A stretch of DNA of 64,000 nucleotides, taken from Octopus vulgaris. Taxonomy: Eukaryota. Positions within the stretch are counted from its first letter, which is position 1, and every line of letters starts with the position of its first letter. Position numbers and translations under genes: made by a program. The notes under the pieces were generated by a model that was given only the letters and a program-made list of their open reading frames with translations, ran no database searches and had not been told where the DNA came from. Positions 54,810 through 64,000 of this stretch are shown in pieces. The stretch is taken from assembly GCA_951406725.2 (NCBI GenBank), contig OX597818.1, forward strand, positions 51,460,001-51,524,000. The letters run 5' to 3'.

Positions 54810-54957
54810 TATACGACAGGCTTCTTTCATTTTCCATCTACCAAATCCACTCACGAGGCTTTGGTCGGCCCGAAGCGATAGTAGAAGACACTTGCCCAAG
54901 GTGCAACGCAATAGAACTGAACTCGGAATCATGTGGTTGAAAGGCAAACATCTTACC

Positions 54958-55956
54958 ACATGCCTACGCCTATGCTAAGCCTGCGCCTATGCTAAGCCTG
55001 CGCCTATTCCCCGCCTGCGCCTATGCTGCAACTGCACCTATGCCATACGTGCGGCTATGCCATGCCTGCGTCGATGCCACGCCTGTGCCTATGTTACACC
55101 TGTGCCTATGCCACGCCTGCGCCTATGCCCCGCCTGCGCCGATGTCACGCCTGTGCCTATACCACGCCTGCGCTTATGCCACGCTTGCGTCTATGCCACG
55201 CCTGCGCCTATTTCATGCCTGCGCCTATACCACGCCTGCGCCTCTGTCACGCCTGTGCCTCTGTTACACCTGCCCCTATGTCACGCTTGCGCCGATGTCA
55301 CGCCTGTACCTTTGCCACGCCTGCGCCTGCGGTAATATGCCATGCCTTCGCCTGCGGTAATATGCCATGCCTGCACCTTTTCCACGCCTGCGCTATGCCG
55401 CACCTGCGCCTATGCTACACTTGCGTCTATGCTACGCCTGCGCCTATGCCACGCCTGCGCCTATTCCACACCTGCGCCTATGCCACACCTGCGCCGATGT
55501 CACGCCTGTGCCTATACCACGCCTGCGCTTATGTCACGCTTGCGTCTATGCCACGCCTGCGCCTATGCCATGCCTGCGCCTATGCCACACCTGCGCCTAT
55601 GCCACACCTGCGCCGATGTCACGCCTGTGCCTATAACACGCCTGCGCTTATGCCACGCTTGCGTCTATGCCACGCCTGCGCCTATGCCACGCCTGCGCCT
55701 ATGCTGCAACTGCACCTATGCCATACGTGCGCCTATACCACGCGTGTGCCTCTTCCACGCCTGTGCCTATGCCACGCCTTTGCCTATGTCCCGCCTGCGC
55801 CTATGCCATGCCTGCAGCTATTCCACGCCTGCGCTATGCTGCACCTGCGCTTATGCTAGGCCTGTATCTATGCCACGCCTGCGTCTATGCCACGCCTGCG
55901 TCTATGCCACGCTTGCGCCTATGCCACGTCTGCGCCTATGTCACACCTATGACTAT
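54958..55956. repeat. ~1-kb GC-rich minisatellite, 17-bp unit GCCACGCCTGCGCCTAT (roughly 58 units)
   Basis: Direct reading; the overlapping ORFs have a 17-aa period (PRLRLCHACAYATPAPM = 3 units). Confidence 0.95.
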
Positions 55957-56548
55957 ACTGTTGTATTCGTCTTGAGAACGCACCTCGTATAGACGTATAG
56001 TGTTAAAAAAAACATAAAAAGCAAGTTCTTTCAATAATAGACAGAAGCGTATCTTTGCGCGTCATCAGTAGCATGTATTAACCGCAAGCTGAGACGAATT
56101 TCGCCTGGTGTTCAAAAGGCGTAGGAATCTAGATTCAGTAATTTCACCGCCGCTACCGGATGCTTTTCGTCTGTAACTAATACTTCTGTGACTTTTAGCA
56201 CTATACTTCTATACAAGATGCTATCTCAAGACGAACACCGCAGTTTTATGGTTTTCTACAATGAATCCATGTCAAGTGAGATATACAGAATGCTATTCGG
56301 TACGAATACTGCTCCTGTGACTAATAACGAATTTTTACCCTGCTTACCAGGGTTACTTGTGACACCAGTGATTTGTTAATCACTGTTTAAGCGTACAATT
56401 GTTAGTAGATACGAATCTGGATTTAACAACTCCACCGCCGGTGGAGGGCACTTTTCGCTGCTACTGACCCTTCTGTGTTTTTTAGCATTATACATCTGTA
56501 CGAGATACTCTCTCAAGATGAATACGACAAAGGTGTGACATTCTATAG

Positions 56549-56881
56549 CAGAGGTTCTCAACGATTTTTATTTTATCTGTGGACCCCTTCGATAACTATT
56601 TTATTCTAGTGGATCCCCATAGCCATTTGATGTTTAGAAACTAGTTTTATAAAAATCTCTTTCAAAATTCCTATTTTGTTCTCCAGACATTAACTTGTGT
56701 AGGTTGAACTCTGTTAAATCTAGCTGTTTTTTACAATACATACGCCCGAAGCAAAATTTTTTCAGGGGTCCCTAAAATACTATTGTGGACCCCCCCCCCC
56801 AGTTTACTATTTTTTACGCAGACCCCACAAAATCTTATATGGATCCTCAGGGGCCATGTAGACCCCGGTTCAGAACCATTG
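56549..56881. mobile_element. hAT (Charlie-type) MITE
   Basis: TIRs CAGAGGTTCTCAAC / GTTCAGAACCATTG; degenerate 8-bp flanks TTCTATAG / CTCTACAG; GGACCCC subterminal repeats. Confidence 0.75.
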
Positions 56882-57238
56882 CTCTACAGTACATTCATGT
56901 TTAAGGACATATACAGAATGCTAGGGTAACCAAACGTTTTAGTGTATTCGCAAAGAGCATTTACGTTTGACAGCAGACGAACCATAATTTCGTACTATGG
57001 TCCTGAATTTATTTGCTTCTTTTTGCGCAGGCGCATAATCTAGTGGTTAGGTTGATCATAATATCATGGGTTCTATTCCTAGCTTGGAAGCGCACATTGA
57101 CTTTGGGCAAGGCACTTAATTTTACATTACTCGAGTCCACTAAGCTGAAAATGAATTCATCTAAGCTGCAGAACGGTACCTTGTTCTAAATATTGAAAAT
57201 GCCATTACCAGCGGTTCTTGATAGCAATATTAAAGATT

Positions 57239-58055
57239 TGTAGGTACGTGGTACTTCGTTATGCAAACACAGTAAACATAACGAAGTACCACAATATGAG
57301 CCGATAGAACAGTATAAAACGCTAGCTTCACACCGTCTCGATGTCTTTCGGTTCCAGACCTTCTAAGGTCTAGCCATTGACCCCCACAGGACACAGCCAG
57401 TTCCAGCGACGACACAACAGCAGCCACATGAAGACTTATCAACACTCTTCAAACAGCATACGGCAATCTCTTTCTTCGTCGCCTCCGTCTTCTTAACGTC
57501 GTCAACAGCATCTCTCTACGTACACAGCAACCAGCAACCCTCGCACAGGTTTTATCTCAACACTGTTTGTGAATTACTTCACCATGGTTAACAGCAAATA
57601 CAACCTGCGAGAACTCCTGTAACAAGTAACCGGCTCTGCATCGTAGCCACGGCTTCACGTACGACATGTACCTCAACCGGCCCTGCATTACTGCCACAAC
57701 TTCTTGTTACTGCACTTCAACTATCGTGCACCTTGACTACGAACTGGTATTTATCATCCTTGTGTCTGAACATTCTTCTAACGTCATATTATAGACTCTC
57801 CCAATGCTCTGTACTTAATGCACACACATACACTTTGTATATATGACGGCCTGTCTATTATTATGTATATATGACGCATACACACATATGTTAACATATA
57901 AATAAAATCTTCTCTTAAACATTCTACCCGGTTGTGTCTCTCTTTTCCTTCTGGCACTTATACTCATTTATCCTTTTCGTATTTATTGTATCGACCGTGT
58001 GGTGTACTAAACGAGACATTCTCGTCACTTCTCCCCTCGCACGGTCGTTTACACA
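57239..58055 (+). mobile_element. Probable LTR (5' LTR with PBS remnant)
   Basis: TGTAG...TACACA termini, TATA box near 57313, AATAAA near 57901. No TSD, but followed by TC-TGACGTCCC, an 8/9 match to a tRNA-Asn-type PBS (TGGCGTCCC). Confidence 0.55.
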
Positions 58056-58325
58056 TCTGACGTCCCGATACGAAACGTTGAAGCAGAAATCAGTGCTGGC
58101 TAAAAGTTCTATAAAACATCTGTAGAAATAACCTTAATTTAATAGTTACGCTACGCATACGTAGGCGCAGGCACGGCTGAGTGGTAAGATGTTTGTTTCC
58201 CAGCCACATTGTTCCAGGTTCAGTCCCAGTGCGTCAAATCTCGGTCGTATGTCTTCTACTATAGTCCTGGGCCGAACAAACCCTCGTGAGTGGACTTGGT
58301 GGACGAAAGCTAAAAGAAACCCGTC

Positions 58326-58370
<45 letters not shown>

Positions 58371-58488
58371 ATACATACATACATACATACATACACACAA
58401 ACACACACACACATATATATATATATACATACATACATACATAATACATACATACATACATAAATACATACATACACACACACACAGA

Positions 58489-58594
<106 letters not shown>

Positions 58595-58861
58595 ATACAA
58601 AATGGGACAAGAACGCAAAACATCCAGATAGACGATACAAAGAAAACAAGGACAGGTCTTCGAAGTTTTCTTTCCTCAGTCGAGTACCAGATTATCTTCG
58701 TAATTTCGGTTGATTATACTCGAGATTGCTCCAATCTGGCCAGCCCCAAAGAAAAACTAAGCTAAGAGCATTAGATTCCTTGGAAGAAAGCAGCGAATGT
58801 ATACAAAAATAAGGACGGAAAAAACGGTCAATGTTACACAAATACAATAGAAATTATATAT

Positions 58862-58985
58862 ATAGTTTCCCGACCAACTTTAGATTTGTATCGACCAATA
58901 TTAGATTAATGAATAAAGATTGTTTATAAAACTTCTCAAATAAAAAATTTCTATTGTTTTGTTTCGTTGTCAATAATGTATATAT

Positions 58986-59027
<42 letters not shown>

Positions 59028-59259
59028 AGTTTCATTAAAAAAATCTTTGATATAATGGTAATATAGTGGTAGAATTCCTGATTATAAGGTTACATATCAA
59101 ATATATTTGAGTTCAAGATATATTATTTAGAAATATGTATAAAAGAAAGAATTCTAAAGTTGATCGGTAAATTTTCTAAAATTTGTCTGTAAAATTCTAA
59201 TATTGGTCAGTACAAATCTAAAGGAGGTCGGCACAAATCTAAAGTTGGTCGTGAAACAC

Positions 59260-59262
<3 letters not shown>
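58862..59262. mobile_element. Inverted-repeat element embedded in (TA)n
   Basis: TAGTTTCCCGACCAACTTTAGATTTGTATCGACC is the inverted counterpart of GGTCGGCACAAATCTAAAGTTGGTCGTGAAACACTA. Confidence 0.65.
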
Positions 59263-59329
<67 letters not shown>

Positions 59330-59330
<1 letters not shown>

Positions 59331-61375
59331 ACCAATTAAAATATTCCCACATACAACAGCCACATTCAACAACAATGAACAGGCTGGAGTTTGAAAAACT
59401 TCATCTGCAGAACGACATGAAAACCTCTATTGAAAATCAAAGAGCTGTGGAGGAACAGTGGGTAATCAAAAACATCAAACAGAACCCAAAAGTGTTCTAT
59501 TCTTATGCAAATAAGCATAGAACCACTGTCTCACCCATTGGGCCATTAATCGATGATAACGGCATTCCCTAACATGATGTTAAAGAAATGGCAGAAATAC
59601 TGCAGAAACAATACTGCTCTGTCTTTAGTGTTCCCACTGATATTGACGTAAGAGAAGCGAACGAAGTTGATTCCCAACATAAACTCTCAGACATAACCTT
59701 CACTGCCTCTGACATCATAGCAGCAATGAATGAGGTCAAATACTATTCTGCTGTAGGCCCTGATAGATTTCCCGCTAGTCTCCTGTAGACACCAACTTGC
59801 AGTCCCTCTAACCAACCTCTGGAGAAATTCGTTAGACTCAGGTTATATACCGAAACAGCTTCTATCCCAGTCTGTCATCCCGGTTTTCAAACAGGGAAAC
59901 AGATCCCTCGCACTCAACTATCGCCCAATCTCACTCACCTCCCACATCATTAAAGTGTTTGAAAAAGTGTTAAGATCAAGGATAGCTGACTTCCTGGAGA
60001 CCCACAAACTCCTAAATGCAAATCAGCATCGCTTTCGCTGTGGCAGGGACTGTCTAACACAGCTCTTACACCACATTGAAGATATACTTAAAGCCTTGGG
60101 AACAAGTTCGAACTCTGATGTCATATATCTTGGCTTCAGTAAAGCGTTCGACAGGGTTGGCCATAATATCCTACTCTCAAAATTGGCAAATTTTGGAATC
60201 CGTGGAAAACTTCTACACTGGATTAAGTATTTCCTGGCGAATAGAACACAACATGTTGTAGTCGATGGAGTCCACTCAAGCCCAGCAAAAGTCACCAGCA
60301 GTGTCTCCCAGGGGACTGTCTTGGGCCCGCTCCTCTTTATAATTTACATAAATGACCTTTCCAGTGTCGTACATCACTGCAAAGTGAAAATATTTGCTGA
60401 TGACACTAAGCTCCAGCAAATCATCAATGAAGAAGCAGACCGAACTCAACTCCAGTCTGATCTATATGCTGTGAGTCAATGGGCAGACAGAAATAAAATG
60501 CAACTGAATGAGGGAACATTTGAGCCGATGCATTTTGGAAGAAAGTCCACACTAAAACAGCCATGCTCTCTTCCTTCAGGAGAACCGCTCATAGCCTCTA
60601 ACAATATCAGAGACCTAGGCGTAAATGTTGATGACAATCTCAGTTGGAGTGCCGACATCAACAATAAGGTCGATATAGCTCGTAGGGATGAGCTCCCAGA
60701 TCTTAAGAACCTTCTGATCCAGAGAACAAGGTGTCATCATACCACTCTTCTCCTCATTTGTACGGCCACACCTCGAATACAGCTGTCCACTGTGGTCTCT
60801 CCATACAAGACAAAACATCTCGAGGATTGAATCACCCCAGAGGGCACTCACTAAACGAATTGAAGACATGACTGTTCTCGATTATTGGGATCGCCTTAAA
60901 GCCTTGAAACTCTACTCTCTCCAGCGTCGCCGTGAGCGGTACATCATTTGTACGATGTGAAGAATATACCGCCAACTTTGCCCAAACGACCTGAACATTA
61001 GTTTCAAGGTTCATCCAAGGCTGGGACCACGGGCCATACGTCCCCTGCCCAATTCAGGATCACAGCATATAAGTACACTGCAACATAATTTCTTTTCATC
61101 AACAGGCCCTGCCCTGTTTAACATTGTCCCGAAAGAGATCAAAGAGGAAAAGGATCCCATCAACTTTAAACGGAGTCTGGACAGATTTCTTCAAGGAATA
61201 CCAGATAAGCCACCCATAACTGGATACAACTCACTCAACAAGAGCTCCCTACTCGAATGGACCATGATACCACAAAACGTGAATCTAAAAGGATTTAGCT
61301 TATCCTATCAGGTGGTGCTATTAAGTTAGACATGGCCTGGACCAATCTTTGGTCGAAACATATCTAAGTTTATCT
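59330..61375 (+). mobile_element. 5'-truncated, degenerate CR1/L2-group LINE (ORF2 reverse transcriptase plus 3' end)
   Basis: Fragments IKQNPKVFYSYAN, VGPDRFPASLL, DVIYLGFSKAFDRVGH, SQGTVLGPLLFIIYINDL, FADDTKL and RDLGVNVDDNLSW; multiple stops and frameshifts. Confidence 0.92.
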
Positions 61376-61377
61376 AT

Positions 61378-61553
61378 AAGTGAAAATATATTCTGATGAC
61401 ACTAAGCTCCAGCAAATCATCAATGAAGAAGCAGAGCGAAGTCAACTCCAGTCTGTGAGTCAATGGGCAGGCAAAAACAAAATGCAACTGAACGAGGGAA
61501 AATTTGAGCTGATGCATTTTGGAAGAAAGTCCACACTAAAACAGCCATACTCT
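61378..61553 (+). mobile_element. Second CR1-type RT fragment
   Basis: Closely similar to 60382-60570 (DDTKLQQIINEEA...KMQLNEGKFELMHFGRKSTLKQP). Confidence 0.85.
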
Positions 61554-61561
61554 CACATATA

Positions 61562-61626
<65 letters not shown>

Positions 61627-61631
<5 letters not shown>

Positions 61632-61836
61632 ATCCAAACATGAAAACACAAAGAGAAAGCACAACAACGCGTGGACGTGGAAGAAGTATAGTGTTATTGG
61701 ACGCTCAGGAAAAGAAAGAAAGAAGAAGGAGGATTTAACGTTTCGAGCGGAGCTCTTCGTCAGAAACATAGAAAAAGGAAAGGTCCAAGAAAGAGAAAAC
61801 GGGGAAAGAAAATCGCCAACGATACACACGCGGTCA
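61627..61836 (-). mobile_element. Penelope-like element terminal (pLTR-like) fragment next to (TA)n
   Basis: Carries the minimal hammerhead and is flanked by TA/CA microsatellites; no RT or EN ORF. Confidence 0.5.
61733..61767 (-). ncRNA. Minimal type I hammerhead ribozyme motif (Penelope-like element type)
   Basis: Minus strand GTTT-CTGACGA-A-GAGC-TCC-GCTC-GAAACGTT-AAAT: CUGANGA and GAAA cores, stem II GAGC/GCTC, palindromic AACGTT stem III, short stem I. Confidence 0.7.
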
Positions 61837-61921
61837 CACACACATATAGTGTGTATGTAAGTGTATGAAGAGATGCGTATATGCATATATGTGCATGTGT
61901 GTACGGATGCATGTATGTATG

Positions 61922-61960
<39 letters not shown>

Positions 61961-62449
61961 TATATATATACAGACACATTTTCCTTTTTGCCTTTATTTC
62001 ATCGTCTCTCCTTCCCTCTCTCTTCCTTTCTTTTCTTGCGCTCTCAGTATGTTTAAACCTCCCCCTCTCTCTCAACTCCCTCTCTTATACTTCCTCCACC
62101 CCCCTCTTTCCTTTCCACATCTCTCTCTCTCCCTCTCATTCACTCCCTCGCTGTTTCCACGCCTCTTCCCCTCCTCTCACTCCTATCACGACCAGCCGGT
62201 GATGGATTGATTAAGAGGAGCAATTCTTCACGGATCGGTGACTTCCGAATATTTTTATTACTCCATAAACGCCAAACAGGAAGCCACCAGCGGAATATTC
62301 CAAGTACTCACGATGACAAGCTGATTGATTTCCCTTACTCCTTCTTCAACCCTTCTCATTTCCATCAACCTCCCACCTTTCGACGAGGTTTGCCGAAAAC
62401 ACACCACATCACTATACCGCACTTTAACTGCGCGTACGCAATTCTGATG

Positions 62450-62512
<63 letters not shown>

Positions 62513-62684
62513 GTCTGTCTGTCTGTCTGTCTGTATGCATGTATATATGTATGCATCTGTCTGTCCGCCTGTCTTATGCATGCATGCATGTATGTATGTA
62601 TGTATGTATGTATGTATGTATGTATGTATGTATGTATGTATGTAGATAGGTATGTATGTATGTATGTATGTATGTATGTATCTA

Positions 62685-62715
<31 letters not shown>

Positions 62716-62782
62716 ATACGTATATATGTATGTATATATGTATCTCTCTCACCCTCTCTCTCTCTCTCTATTTGTCTATCTT

Positions 62783-62877
<95 letters not shown>

Positions 62878-63150
62878 CTCTTTACTCTCTCTTTTACTTG
62901 TTTCAGTCATTTAACTGTGGGCATGCTGGAGCACCGAGCAAATCGACCCCAGGACTTATTCTTTGTAAGCCTAGTACTTATTTTATCGGTCTCTTTTCCC
63001 GAACCGCCAAGTTACAGGGACGTACACACATCAGCATCGGTTGTCAAGCGATGCTAGGGGGTGGGGGACAAACACAGACACACAAACATATACACACAGG
63101 TACACACACACACACACGTACACACACACATACACACACACACACATATA

Positions 63151-63227
<77 letters not shown>

Positions 63228-63408
63228 GACTGGCTTCTTTCAGTTTCCGTCTGCCAAATCCACCCACAGACACACATATGTACGTGTATATACATACATG
63301 TTTATACACACGCATAATTATTCATATATTCATACACATCCACTTGCATATTTGTTTCAATACATGTTCATACATAACTGTCAGTCTGTCCGTCCGTCCG
63401 TCCGTCCG

Positions 63409-63484
<76 letters not shown>

Positions 63485-64000
63485 TGCATATGCTATATAG
63501 CCAATGTACTATGGATATAGCCAATACTGCATGTTATATACCGTTATAAACCCTTTGCCCTTGCATACAATACGTTTGTGGATAGAAACAGCAGCCTGTC
63601 ACTTGCACCCCAACCCAGGGGTTGATATTTTCGTTACATCTCCTGATGCGTGCAACTACCTCTCTCTTTTTCTCTCTTTTCCTATTCTTCTAAATAGCAG
63701 GCACTCAAATGGCTGTTACTACTACATCTGTAGCACCTGGGCCTCTGCTCAGCACTACCGATTGACTTCCTTCTATTCCTACATTAGTGTATACCTCCTG
63801 TTATAGATTTGTAGTTCGTGATCACCAAAACAGTGATATCTAGGGACACTTTCTGACCACGTGGTTGCCAGTGACCGCCGCACTCACTACTTTTCAGTAC
63901 CATACTGGAGCAAAAAAGTCCCTGTTGACACTGATATTTCTTGTGCAGCTCCTGTTCATGGATTGCAGTACTATCATAAGGGCAAGCGTGTAGCATACTG

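Noticed and set aside
54989-55992. Cys/His/Pro-rich ORFs up to 278 aa
   Set aside because: Translations of a largely stop-free 17-bp minisatellite; several frames give the same peptide and there are no gene signals.
58640-58690. Possible hammerhead (minus CTGAGGA...CGAAG)
   Set aside because: The GAAA core and stems I/III are not satisfied.
62207-63549. Long YI/VC/HT-rich ORFs here and at 14797, 39786, 48165 and 58146
   Set aside because: Microsatellite translations.

Overview
AT-rich, microsatellite-dense animal genomic DNA. The SINE families and repeat landscape point to an octopus/coleoid cephalopod (inference, not database-confirmed). One host protein-coding exon is well supported: a 1,669-nt first coding exon on the minus strand (29607->27939) with a GTAAGT donor. 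It encodes an N/S/Q/H low-complexity region bracketed by two acidic F/Y-x-F motifs; the gene family could not be recognised. Most of 1-27938 is probably its intron(s), and its promoter probably lies near 31.8-32.9 kb. The rest is dominated by layered mobile DNA: four abundant SINE-type families, RTE, CR1-type and Hero-type LINE remnants, mariner and Tc1-like transposase relics, MITEs with several TSD types, a non-autonomous Helitron, three Gypsy-type LTRs, a tRNA-Ala pseudogene with a GGC anticodon, and a Penelope-type minimal hammerhead ribozyme. The most unusual observations are a ~1-kb 17-bp minisatellite made by amplifying the 5' head of a tRNA-SINE, a cluster of fold-back palindromes in (TA)n at 15-17.3 kb, a fixed hairpin junction in dimeric SINEs, and an RTE insertion that appears to have copied neighbouring DNA. 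I found no convincing new multi-gene system. Most listed ORFs are spurious translations of repeats.
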